63,970 nt of DNA, filler included, from Octopus bimaculoides (GCF_001194135.2; 6 parts of 5 records of this genome joined end to end with filler, not necessarily neighbours in it), one strand, 5' to 3'. Numbered from the whole stretch's first letter, positions 1-11,869 are shown. The notes: generated by a model from the letters alone, not told the origin. Numbers and translations: made by a program.

Positions 1-238
1 ATATATGTATGTATGTACATATATATATGTATGTACATATATATATGTATGTACATATATATATATGTATGTATGTACATATATATATGTATGTACATAT
101 ATATATGTATGTACATATATATATATATGTATGTATGTACATATATATATATGTATATACATACATACATATATATATATATGTACATATATATATATAT
201 GTATATACATACATATATATACATACACATATGTATAC

Positions 239-280
<42 letters not shown>
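1..280. repeat. Compound (AT)n/ATGT minisatellite ending in (GT)n
   Basis: Direct reading: atatatatgtatgtac-type units followed by a (GT)n run. Confidence 0.95.
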
Positions 281-283
<3 letters not shown>

Positions 284-452
284 AGATATAAATGAACTGG
301 TTACTTCATTAATGAAGCATATATATTAATAGCCTATTATCATCTACAATCTACAGTTCTACAAACGGCATTTCTAGTGATAAGTGTGTGATGTGTTTTG
401 TGTTGTGTTTGTAGTGGGAACGGTTTATTCGCTTCCTTTTAATCATATTAAG

Positions 453-728
453 ATGAAACTCGGTCTATGTTTCTGTTTAATGTAGCTTGCTCTCGTTTTC
501 CTCTTAACGGGTTCTGTTATGTTAGTTCAGAAAGTTCAGTGTTCGTTTATGTCGTCTCCGAGGATTAGGTCAGCCAGACATAGAAAGAACTTGGAAATAA
601 CGAAAACAAAAACAGCATCGATGGCGTCGATTAGAACGATGACGATGGCGGCGAAAGCAGCAGCAGCAGCGACGATAACTGCGGGGGAGATGAACCAACG
701 ATACGGCTCATTCATAATCGCCTGACCT
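453..728 (+). other. Candidate 5' exon or short signal-peptide-like ORF interrupted by TAG
   Basis: ATG453 frame reads MKLGLCFCLM*LALVFLLTGSVMLVQKVQC..., ends at TGA 723-725, and is followed by a GTAAG donor at 729. Link to the LRR gene is unproven. Confidence 0.2.
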
Positions 729-1003
729 GTAAGNNNNNNNNNNNNNNNNNNNNNNNNNNNNNNNNNNNNNNNNNNNNNNNNNNNNNNNNNNNNNNNNNNN
801 NNNNNNNNNNNNNNNNNNNNNNNNNNNNNNNNNNNNNNNNNNNNNNNNNNNNNNNNNNNNNNNNNNNNNNNNNNNNNNNNNNNNNNNNNNNNNNNNNNNN
901 NNNNNNNNNNNNNNNNNNNNNNNNNNNNNNNNNNNNNNNNNNNNNNNNNNNNNNNNNNNNNNNNNNNNNNNNNNNNNNNNNNNNNNNNNNNNNNNNNNNN
1001 NNN

Positions 1004-1329
1004 GGGCTGATTACTACCTAGCTCAGATACCAGGAAACCCCAAAATGGCTGAAGTTCAAAAGATAGTGCTCATGGGAACTGCCCATATCCTTCGTAAAAT
1101 ACTGTCTATGTGATCTCCAATTTTAAAACAAACACATAATTTTCTTAAACATTCTCTAGAACAACACTATGTACAAATCCAAATATATGGTACCCTAGGC
1201 ATAGCACCTACATGAACTTCTAACTTGAGGTCTCTGGGTGAGACTTGGATCCAACTTGTACAAATGCAAAGCAAAAGTCAAACATAAAATAATAATAATA
1301 ATGACAATAATAATAATGATAATAATAAT
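1004..1329 (+). mobile_element. 3' end of an RLE-type (R4/Dong-like) non-LTR retrotransposon
   Basis: 1006-1113 encodes ADYYLAQIPGNPKMAEVQKIVLMGTAHILRKILSM*, matching the QKxxLxGTAxILRK C-terminus of RLE elements. It is followed by a 3' UTR and an (AAT)n tail. Confidence 0.65.
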
Positions 1330-1535
1330 CCTTTTGACTAAAGGCACAAGGTCAGGTACATGGTGATAGTCGATCACAACGACTTCAGTGTTTTACTGGT
1401 ATTTAATTTATCGACCCCGAAAGGAAGAAAGACAATTTCGACCTCGGCGGAATTTGAAATCAGAACGTGCAGACGGACGAAATACTGCTAAGCATTTCGT
1501 TCGGTTTGCTAACGATTCTGCCAGCTCGCCGCCTT
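1329..1535 (-). mobile_element. tRNA-derived SINE, family A
   Basis: Minus strand has an A-box-like ggcagaatcgttagc, a B-box-like gatttcaaattcc, and the core cttcctttcggggtcgataaattaaatacc. The family recurs more than 10 times in the window. Confidence 0.85.
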
Positions 1536-1538
1536 AGC

Positions 1539-1682
<144 letters not shown>

Positions 1683-1888
1683 CCTCTCTACTATAAGCAC
1701 AAGGCCTGAAATTTTTGATGGTGGGGGCAAATCAATTGCATCGACCCCACTGCTTGACTGGTACTCATTTTATCGACTCGGGAAGGATGAAAGGCAAAGT
1801 CAACCTTGACGGAATTTGAACTCAGACCGTAAAGATGGATGAAACGCCGCTTAGGATTTTGCCCAGCGTTCTAACAATTCTGCCAACT
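1683..1888 (-). mobile_element. SINE family A
   Basis: Same core (ggatgaaaggcaaagtcaacc...gaatttgaactcag). Confidence 0.85.
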
Positions 1889-2212
1889 ACTGATGATGAT
1901 GATGATGATGATGACAATAGTGTTCTTGTTTGTTTCTCTGCTGTTGTTACTGCAATTACTGCAACTGCAGCTGTTGTTGTTGTTGCTGTTGTTGCCTCTG
2001 CTGCACAGCTTTATGCAGTTGGCATTAAACCAATAGATCGATGAAAACATTGATCCATAGTAGAAGCGATTTCCATCTACACTACCCCAACGGATTCCAG
2101 CGAATAACACCAGACTTCAACTTGCATGCGAATGCAGTTTCAAAAATAGACTGCAACTTGCTGCACTTTGTGACATGAACGTATGAATGGAACTGGCTAA
2201 GAGAGGGTGTGG

Positions 2213-2248
<36 letters not shown>

Positions 2249-2560
2249 GTAGTAGTAGTAGTAGTCGTAGTAGTGGTGGTGTTGGCTGCCGTGGTGAAGG
2301 CGTTATAAAGGTGAGATGATGGGCAGGTGATTAGGTGAGGACGGCGTTGTGGCACCTAACAGAGACGGTGATGTGTTTTTTATTAATTTTTATCTTAGAT
2401 TCTGGTATTGCAAGAACGAAGTGGTTAGCAATACAATGTAATTACGATGGCATTGGTGGTAGGAATGGTACCATGGAGGCTGATAATGATGTCGGTAAAG
2501 TTGATGATGGTAGAGGTGGTGGTGGTGGTGGTGGTGGTGGTGGTGGTGGTGGTGGTAGTG
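1889..2560. repeat. Cluster of trinucleotide microsatellites (GAT, GTT, CTA/TAG, GGT)
   Basis: Direct reading. Confidence 0.9.
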
Positions 2561-3419
2561 NNNNNNNNNNNNNNNNNNNNNNNNNNNNNNNNNNNNNNNN
2601 NNNNNNNNNNNNNNNNNNNNNNNNNNNNNNNNNNNNNNNNNNNNNNNNNNNNNNNNNNNNNNNNNNNNNNNNNNNNNNNNNNNNNNNNNNNNNNNNNNNN
2701 NNNNNNNNNNNNNNNNNNNNNNNNNNNNNNNNNNNNNNNNNNNNNNNNNNNNNNNNNNNNNNNNNNNNNNNNNNNNNNNNNNNNNNNNNNNNNNNNNNNN
2801 NNNNNNNNNNNNNNNNNNNNNNNNNNNNNNNNNNNNNNNNNNNNNNNNNNNNNNNNNNNNNNNNNNNNNNNNNNNNNNNNNNNNNNNNNNNNNNNNNNNN
2901 NNNNNNNNNNNNNNNNNNNNNNNNNNNNNNNNNNNNNNNNNNNNNNNNNNNNNNNNNNNNNNNNNNNNNNNNNNNNNNNNNNNNNNNNNNNNNNNNNNNN
3001 NNNNNNNNNNNNNNNNNNNNNNNNNNNNNNNNNNNNNNNNNNNNNNNNNNNNNNNNNNNNNNNNNNNNNNNNNNNNNNNNNNNNNNNNNNNNNNNNNNNN
3101 NNNNNNNNNNNNNNNNNNNNNNNNNNNNNNNNNNNNNNNNNNNNNNNNNNNNNNNNNNNNNNNNNNNNNNNNNNNNNNNNNNNNNNNNNNNNNNNNNNNN
3201 NNNNNNNNNNNNNNNNNNNNNNNNNNNNNNNNNNNNNNNNNNNNNNNNNNNNNNNNNNNNNNNNAGAAATCATCGATGATTTCTTCAGACAAACCCAATC
3301 ATTATATAACCACAATCACTAACCTGAAAATAGAACTAATTCACTTACAAATCATCTGTTTTCTGTATTAACCCTTTATCGTTTATTGTCTGTGTGTTTC
3401 CCTGTGTCTGTCAGTCTGG

Positions 3420-3521
3420 CTGCCTGTCGGTCGGTCTCTCTCTCCCTCTCTCTCTCTCTCTCCCGCTCTCTCTCTCTTTCACTCTCTCATATACTTATCT
3501 ATCTATCTATCTATCTATCTA

Positions 3522-3560
<39 letters not shown>

Positions 3561-3607
3561 CGCTATATATCTAGTTATCCATCTATATGTATATGTGTAT
3601 ATATATA

Positions 3608-3673
<66 letters not shown>

Positions 3674-3854
3674 CATACATACATACATGTGTATAATATT
3701 ATATATATAGATAGATACATAGATATATTACATTGTATATATTATATTCTGTATATATGTTATATTATATTATATATATATATGTATGTATATATATATA
3801 TTATAGTTTATTATATATTGTGTGTGTATGTATGTATGTATGTATGTATGTATG

Positions 3855-3885
<31 letters not shown>
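3420..3885. repeat. Compound microsatellite (CT, ATCT, GTCT, AT, ATGT)
   Basis: Direct reading. Confidence 0.95.
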
Positions 3886-3886
<1 letters not shown>

Positions 3887-3998
3887 ACAATGTGAGCACA
3901 CAGGTGCAAAACAAGGTGAAGAAAAGCTTTACGCGAATACCAAAGATAGAATAAAATATAATTTTGTTGGAGCTGAAAAGACTTGACACACTCTTACA

Positions 3999-4098
3999 CA
4001 GTTTCACGTAACCGATCATCAGACATTCGTGAGTTTTTAGAACAAGTGATTGTTCTAATAACTCACAACATTCTGATGATCGTTTACGTGAAACTCTG
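3999..4098. repeat. Foldback of ~47-bp arms, each with a hammerhead-like core
   Basis: cagtttcacgtaaccgatcatcaga...agaacaa / gtga loop / ttgttct...tctgatgatcgtttacgtgaaact. Confidence 0.85.
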
Positions 4099-4227
4099 AG
4101 TGGTGATTTGTGAAGTCATTTCAGCTTCAATAGACTACTACTACTACTGGTGCTACTACTCACATATCCACACATATCCACAAACATAAATGCATACATG
4201 CATATCTATATGTATAAAACTGAGGAG

Positions 4228-4266
<39 letters not shown>

Positions 4267-4291
4267 CGCGTGTGTGTGTGGGTGTGTGTGT

Positions 4292-4565
4292 GAGATGGAC
4301 TCTCCCGTCGAAGACGACGTATGAGCGTTCAGTTTCGCCGAACGACCTGCACGAAGGACTTGTTTATCGTGCCGCAGATCAGCTCACTGTGTCTAGCAAA
4401 TCGACGTTGTCTGGACAGGTACATTGTGTGCCACGCGTCGGTTGTCGAAGAGATTGCAGTGCAATGTGAAATGAGGTGTTTCGCTCAAGAACACAACGCA
4501 CTCCCCGGTCTAGGAATTGAAACCACGATCTCACGATCGTGAGAGCAACACCCAAACCACATGCG

Positions 4566-4568
<3 letters not shown>
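4292..4568 (-). mobile_element. tRNA-derived SINE, family D head with a distinct tail
   Basis: Minus strand B-box-like ggtttcaattcc followed by gcgttgtgttcttgagcgaaacac, as in the copies at 18100 and 25661. Confidence 0.7.
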
Positions 4569-4604
<36 letters not shown>

Positions 4605-5578
4605 AAACATACACAGATTATAGATATATATATGTGTGTGTGTATACGCTTATATAGATTACACGTGCACACGCATGCACACNNNNNNNNNNNNNNNNNN
4701 NNNNNNNNNNNNNNNNNNNNNNNNNNNNNNNNNNNNNNNNNNNNNNNNNNNNNNNNNNNNNNNNNNNNNNNNNNNNNNNNNNNNNNNNNNNNNNNNNNNN
4801 NNNNNNNNNNNNNNNNNNNNNNNNNNNNNNNNNNNNNNNNNNNNNNNNNNNNNNNNNNNNNNNNNNNNNNNNNNNNNNNNNNNNNNNNNNNNNNNNNNNN
4901 NNNNNNNNNNNNNNNNNNNNNNNNNNNNNNNNNNNNNNNNNNNNNNNNNNNNNNNNNNNNNNNNNNNNNNNNNNNNNNNNNNNNNNNNNNNNNNNNNNNN
5001 NNNNNNNNNNNNNNNNNNNNNNNNNNNNNNNNNNNNNNNNNNNNNNNNNNNNNNNNNNNNNNNNNNNNNNNNNNNNNNNNNNNNNNNNNNNNNNNNNNNN
5101 NNNNNNNNNNNNNNNNNNNNNNNNNNNNNNNNNNNNNNNNNNNNNNNNNNNNNNNNNNNNNNNNNNNNNNNNNNNNNNNNNNNNNNNNNNNNNNNNNNNN
5201 NNNNNNNNNNNNNNNNNNNNNNNNNNNNNNNNNNNNNNNNNNNNNNNNNNNNNNNNNNNNNNNNNNNNNNNNNNNNNNNNNNNNNNNNNNNNNNNNNNNN
5301 NNNNNNNNNNNNNNNNNNNNNNNNNNNNNNNNNNNNNNNNNNNNNNNNNNNNNNNNNNNNNNNNNNNNNNNNNNNNNNNNNNNNNNNNNNNNNNNNNNNN
5401 NNNNNNNNNNNNNNNNNNNNNNNNNNNNNNNNNNNNNNNNNNNNNNNNNNNNNNNNNNNNNNNNNNNNNNNNNNNNNNNNNNNNNNNNNNNNNNNNNNNN
5501 NNNNNNNNNNNNNNNNNNNNNNNNNNNNNNNNNNNNNNNNNNNNNNNNNNNNNNNNNNNNNNNNNNNNNNNNNNNNNN

Positions 5579-5915
5579 NAAACAAGAGCACTCAGAGAGC
5601 GCAAACCTCCGCCAAGGCAACACCAACGTCCTCTCACCGATTAACCGGAGATGGCTTTTTAAATGAGAATATTTGAAATAAACTTGGCTGCTCTCACAAA
5701 CGAGAATACTAAACTTGAACCCGACCGCTCTCAAAAATTAAGTTAAAAACCGGAAAACTAATCCAGAATCCTTGTCCAGTACCGGATCGATCTCAAAATC
5801 TAATCAGTTCGTGCCAGTCACGAGGTAAACCATCCCTGACAGTTTCATTCGAATCCATCCGGCGGTTCTTGAGATATCTTGTCCACTGACAAACAAAGAA
5901 AGGCGGAGGTAATAA
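5579..5915. mobile_element. Putative Helentron-associated (HINE/DINE-like) non-autonomous element
   Basis: Subterminal inverted repeat ACCTCCGCC (5605-5613) / GGCGGAGGT (5902-5910), with an internal ggatcgatctcaaaatctaatcag block. Classification is from recalled architecture. Confidence 0.45.
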
Positions 5916-5934
5916 TGATAATGTTGTTGTTGTT

Positions 5935-6029
5935 TGTTCCTTCTCGAGTCATGCATAGCTTATAAGGGCCGGTTTCCCAGTTTCGTTGGGGTATAGGTTC
6001 CCCACCTGGACGGGATGCCGTCCGACGCC

Positions 6030-6030
<1 letters not shown>
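5935..6030 (-). mobile_element. SINE 3' fragment with V-domain-like motif
   Basis: Minus strand ggacggcatcccgtccagg...gaaactgggaaaccggccc; related to 45901-45990. Confidence 0.5.
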
Positions 6031-6061
<31 letters not shown>

Positions 6062-6538
6062 CAACTTATTGTGAATAAAATGGCGAATGTTTTGGTGCGT
6101 GGTATTTGGCCCACCGTATTTTTCATTCCAGCACGTTCTCAGCACTCAAATTTTAGTGCATAAAAGTATATATGTATATGCATGCACTCATACATGCATA
6201 CATACATACATACGTGCAATAGGTTTTCCATACATAGTTTCTTGTTTAACATTATGATGAAGATTCGACAGAAAGAAATTGCAGTAAATTGTTAATCCAG
6301 ATAAGCCAGAAGTTTTTCAGCTTATTAGATATTATTTTATCTATATTACTTTAGTTTGAGTACGATATTGATGTCTTCGTGTCTGTTGTTGCTTGTACAT
6401 TAGTACAATATCCATCTAATAATATTGATGATGATGATGATGACGATGACGATGATGATTCTCGAATTTATTTTGATATTTATACACATGAACAGCCTTA
6501 CATTAAATTACAGTGTAAAAATCTCGTTTAAGCACATG

Positions 6539-6630
6539 GCTGACTTGAGTACCCGCTGGTTATGAGTCACGCCAGCTTGAGTACATGTTGGCTGTGAGTA
6601 CACGTCAGCTTGAGTACACGCTGACTGTGA
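6539..6630. repeat. Degenerate ~33-bp minisatellite, about 3 units
   Basis: gcttgagtac recurs three times at ~33-bp spacing. Confidence 0.7.
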
Positions 6631-7018
6631 TTAAAGACCATTGATGAAACTTAACGAGTCTGAAATGCCTCTGGGGTTCTCCCAATATATGTTAAGTTTT
6701 TTTTAACACAGTACGTCCATAGGACACGTTACCTCTAGATGTATACCGCAGTAAATAGCCTTTAAACGAAGTATTTGCATTAAGCTTGATACATAGATGG
6801 CTAATACGTTTCAGCACATTTGTATACCAACCTCTTCTATCTTGGAGTGGATAATATAAAGTTTATCTCTGGACATTTTTATATATTTCATTTTGTAAAC
6901 ATTCGCCTATTTGTGAAACAATGCGGTCATTTCTTTTGACATTATCCATCGCAAAGCATCTCGAAGGCATGTTTTTCGAAAATTTTGTAAATTAGACTAA
7001 AATACTCTCATAGAAATT

Positions 7019-7430
7019 GTGCGTGGCTGTGTAGTAAGAAGATAGCTTCCCAACCACTTGGTTCCGGGTTCAATCTCACTGGGTGGCAACTTGGGCAAGT
7101 GTCTTCTACTATAACCTCGGGCCGATCAAAACCCTGTGAAAGGATATGGTAGACGGAAACTGAAAGAAGCCCATCGTAAATATACATATATGCATGTATG
7201 TATGTACACTCACACAAACACACACAAATATATAGATATGTGTGTGTGTGTGAGTGAGTGAGTGAGAGAGAGAGAGAGAGAGTGAGTGACTGTTTGATCC
7301 CGACCACCACTTGACAGCCTGTGTTGGTGTGTTTACATTCCCGTAACTTAGCGGTCTGGCTTAAGAGACTAATAGAATGAGTACAAGACTAAAAAAAAGG
7401 GTCTAATGACTGAAAGAAGTGAAAGAAAAA
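7019..7430 (+). mobile_element. tRNA-derived SINE, family B (internal microsatellite)
   Basis: gtggctgtgtagtaag...ggttccgggttcaatc...cttgggcaagtgtcttctactata; more than 12 copies in the window. Confidence 0.85.
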
Positions 7431-7928
7431 AAGGGTAATTTTACTGACAGCGTGGAACAATGAAGACGACAAGAAAGGTAATACTGAGTGGGAGTCATCA
7501 CTCAGAAAATTACAAAGATTTTGAGACAGGTATGTCACAAAATCTACCGCCTCATCTGAAGATTTTTTTTTTTTTTTTTTGAAAAAGGATGGGGCAAGAA
7601 GAAAAAAAGTGTAATTTGAGAGAAATTTGGCTGTTTTTCTTAATCGAGCGAGCGACCCTTCCTGACTTACTTTCTGATATACTGTTCTTTCGTTTTATCC
7701 TTTTCATTTTAAGGGGATAGGGTATAATTTGAGGGAGATTCGGTTGTTATTGTTAGCTGAGCGAGAGACCAGCCACATGCTTTTGATCATATAGACCTTT
7801 TCTCCGTTGGTTAATCCACGTTATTTAAAAAGGAAAAGCGAAGTAGTTGTAAGTGTGCTGAAGAAAGTAGCTTAAGGGGACCCGAACCAATGTATGGAAT
7901 ATTCTTTTCTTTTCTTTTTTCTACTCTT

Positions 7929-8130
7929 GGCACAAGGCCCGAAATTATGTGGGAGAGGGAAAGTCGATGAGATCGACCACAGTACGCAACTGGTACTTAA
8001 TTTATCGACCCCCGAAAGGATGAAAGGCAAAATCGACTTCGGCGGAATTTGAACTCAGAACATAAAGACGGACGAAATACCGCTAAGCGTTTCGCCCAGT
8101 GTGCTACCGTTTCTGCCAGCTCGCCGCCTT
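7929..8130 (-). mobile_element. SINE family A
   Basis: Near-consensus full copy. Confidence 0.9.
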
Positions 8131-8449
8131 CGATGTATGGAATATTGAAGTTTCAATTTATCAAGCAAAAGCTTATGGGAGTGTGTATGCCTGGTCCTCA
8201 AAACCAGGAAGAAGGCCAAGCGATAGGTTGAGTTGGTGTACCATATACCTTCCCACGGGCTTGTGCCGGAATATAGTGAGCAGCGAAATACAAAACTTAC
8301 ACCAAGAACATAGCAATGTTGGTTTCGAATCTTAGCACAAGGCCAGCAAATTCGACCTACACCCTCTCCCGAAATTCTTGACCTTGTGTCAAAATTTGAA
8401 ATCAATATTAGCAGTCAAAATTTGAAATCAATATTAGCAGTCAAATTTT

Positions 8450-8851
8450 GGCACAAGGTTAGTAAGTTCGGGAAAGCAATAAAATCGATTACATCGACCC
8501 CAGTGCTCGACCGGTACTTATTTTATCGGCCCCGAAAGGATGAAAGGCAAAGTCGAACTCACAGCGTAAGAACGGATGAAATGCCGCCAAGCTTTTTGCC
8601 TGAAGTGCTAACGACTCTTATTTCTTTACTGCCCATAAGGGGCTACACACAGAGGGGACAAACAAGGACAGACAAAGGGATTAAGTCGATTACATCGACC
8701 CCAGTGCGCAACCGGTACTTAATTTATCGACCCCGAAAGGATGAAAGGCAAAGTCGATCTCGGCGGAATTTGAACTCAGAACGTAAGGACTGATGAAATG
8801 TCACCAAGCTTTTAGCCCAGCGTGCTAACGATTCTGCCAGCTGACCACCTT
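8450..8851 (-). mobile_element. Tandem/dimeric family A SINE
   Basis: Two family A units joined at gtgctaacgactct|tatttctttactgccc (8618/8619). Confidence 0.85.
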
Positions 8852-9746
8852 CAGTTAAGCTGGTAATTACTTTTCATTGTGATGAGGTTGGATACGAACT
8901 GGTAAGGGGGGGGGGGTTCAAGATGGTCGCACAATCTACAGAGGAATAGTAACCAAATCCCCTGCCCGCCAATCACACATTTCCTTCTTAAATCATAACA
9001 GTATGGGTTAACCAGCGGAGATGCATGTATGTGATCAAAAGCATGCAGCCAGTCTCTCGCTCTGAGGCAATAACAGCCGAATCTCCTTCAAATTATACCC
9101 TATCCCCTTACAATGAAAAGAAAAAAAAAGGCAAGGACAGTATATCAGAAAATAAGCCGGGATGGGTCACTCGCTCTGCTAAAAATAACAGCCAAATCTC
9201 TCTCAAATTACACCCAAATTCCTTTAAAAATGGTGGTGTGAGGGAGAAAAGATAACATATTTGAACATAAGCCGGGATGGGTACGGTTGAAACTCTGCCG
9301 ACTGTTCTAAACAACCACTACAATTAGATATGAAATGTAACGATCACCACGAATGTCCATAGGAAATAGTAAATGTAGAGAACGTACGAAAATAGGGAGG
9401 GAAAAAAAATCATTAGAATTCGAGCGTAATTAAAATAAAACGGAACTGAAGTGGAATGGTTTCATTACACTTCAATTGCGCTATTAATCCGCTCTAGTAG
9501 GAGATAAACGTCTCATAAACTCGTGTATTTCTTTCTCGTCGAAGATCTGAGGCAATTGTCGTTATGGTAAAAGAAAAAATCGATTTGAAAAGCTCGCGGA
9601 AATAGCGAATTGACACAAATGGTATAGGATCCGATAAAAATCCTTTACACTGGTTTTGGGCGTGGGTAAGGTTGCGTAGTTAGGAAGTCTTCTTCGTAAC
9701 CACATGGGTCCGGTGTCGATCACAATGCAGACTCCTTGGTCAAGTA

Positions 9747-9801
<55 letters not shown>

Positions 9802-10323
9802 NNNNNNNNNNNNNNNNNNNNNNNNNNNNNNNNNNNNNNNNNNNNNNNNNNNNNNNNNNNNNNNNNNNNNNNNNNNNNNNNNNNNNNNNNNNNNNNNNNN
9901 NNNNNNNNNNNNNNNNNNNNNNNNNNNNNNNNNNNNNNNNNNNNNNNNNNNNNNNNNNNNNNNNNNNNNNNNNNNNNNNNNNNNNNNNNNNNNNNNNNNN
10001 NNNNNNNNNNNNNNNNNNNNNNNNNNNNNNNNNNNNNNNNNNNNNNNNNNNNNNNNNNNNNNNNNNNNNNNNNNNNNNNNNNNNNNNNNNNNNNNNNNNN
10101 NNNNNNNNNNNNNNNNNNNNNNNNNNNNNNNNNNNNNNNNNNNNNNNNNNNNNNNNNNNNNNNNNNNNNNNNNNNNNNNNNNNNNNNNNNNNNNNNNNNN
10201 NNNNNNNNNNNNNNNNNNNNNNNNNNNNNNNNNNNNNNNNNNNNNNNNNNNNNNNNNNNNNNNNNNNNNNNNNNNNNNNNNNNNNNNNNNNNNNNNNNNN
10301 NNNNNNNNNNNNNNNTATATATA

Positions 10324-11250
10324 TCAGGCTGAGTAAAAAGTAAGCAACGTTTGGAAACATGAAATTCATCACAATACATTTCAACAATGCGGAAGTTTTA
10401 TTCATCAAAGTAAGTACTATTACAATCAACACATTTTTGCCAACGAGTTACAAGTATGTTTATTCCGGTCACATAAGAATCTGGAGTTCTGGGGCTGATG
10501 AACTCTTTGAACGTACTTTCAGCATCGGTTTGATTTTTGAACTCCTTCTCTCGCAGGAAACTATCAAGGTGCTTGAAAAAATGGCAGCCGGTAGGAGAAA
10601 GGTCTGAGGAATAAACTGGGTGGGGAAGAACTTTGTAGCCAAGTTCCCTCAACTTCTGGAGTGTCATTAGTGAAACGTGTGGTCGAGCATTGTCATGAAG
10701 AATGATTGGTCCCCTTCTGTTGACCAGTCTGGGACGGAAGAGTAGCATTTTTTGTTATCTTAGCAGTTTCATGACAATGTTTCTGCAGAAATGATTTTTA
10801 CGGGTTTTAAGAAGTTATAGTGGATGAATCCAGCAGTACACCACCAAACAGTCACCATAACCTTCTCTTTGAAGAGCTCAGGTTTAGGGAAGGTTTTCAG
10901 TACTTCATTTTGGTCCAACCACTGCGAAGAACTTTTTTTTTATTATTGTACAGAATCCACTTTTCATCGCGAGTTACAATACAGTCGAAAAATGGATCGG
11001 TCTGATTACGGAGAAGAAGCGACGAGCAAATTTCATATCTGCGCATTTTCTGAGTTTCAATCAAATCGCGTGGTACTCATTATTTGAGCATTTTTGATTT
11101 TCCTTTCTTGCTAACTTGAAATTCTTTTGCTAGTTCACCAGTGGTTTTACGTGGATCTTCTCGATGACGGTCTTTAATTTACCGTCATCGATGACAAATG
11201 GGCGTCCACTACGCTCAAGATCTTCAAGGCTCAGGTCTCTATTGCTAAAT
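10324..11250 (-). mobile_element. Decayed mariner transposon, 5'-truncated
   Basis: Minus-strand remnants LEDLERSGRP, DEKWILYNN, HDNARPH and YSSDLSP. TA plus the TIR-like TCAGGCTGAGTAAAAAG at 10322. Multiple frameshifts. Confidence 0.9.
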
Positions 11251-11254
11251 CGTC

Positions 11255-11848
11255 CTCCGCATTCAGGATCCATCTCAACACCATTTAGCATTATTGTACG
11301 TACACAAGCTTTATACAATCTGTCTTTGTATTCGGAGAAGGCGAGAAAGAGAGAGAGACCTTTTGTTGCCATCGGAAGTAATAGCTCTCTGAATTTTCTT
11401 CATTTTATTCTTACTCTAGCGACTATATTTTCCGAACAACCTCCTCCACGACTAATTAAGTCGCACAGGTGCGGAAATTATCCGTTAAATATAGGGAGTC
11501 TCCGGGAAATTTGAGATAATCAATTCCCCATCTATCATTAGTCTTTATGGCTCTCGTGCATCTTCCACATACAAACACTACTTACTTGTTTACCTTCCTG
11601 AGATTCCACTGCACCTCCTGTGGGTCCATAGCTTTCACACGGTACGCTGTATGAAATTACTACCCACATCTTTCTTACATATTGAGTAAGAACATTTACC
11701 CGAAGGGACCTGCCTGTTTTCTTGCTTACTAGAACCTTGGTCTTTGATAAGTTAGCTTTAAGACCCTTCGATTCCAGGCTTTACTTTCACTTTTTTCTTC
11801 AAATTCTGTTACAGAATTCCACTGTAAGAACGAAATAATCAGCATATG
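11255..11848 (-). mobile_element. RTE-clade LINE fragment (RT C-terminal half)
   Basis: YADY...LESKGLKANLSKTKVLV, WTHRRCSGISG and TKGLSL...RLYKACVR remnants. Confidence 0.75.
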
Positions 11849-11869
11849 ATAATATAATAGTTCCAAAAG

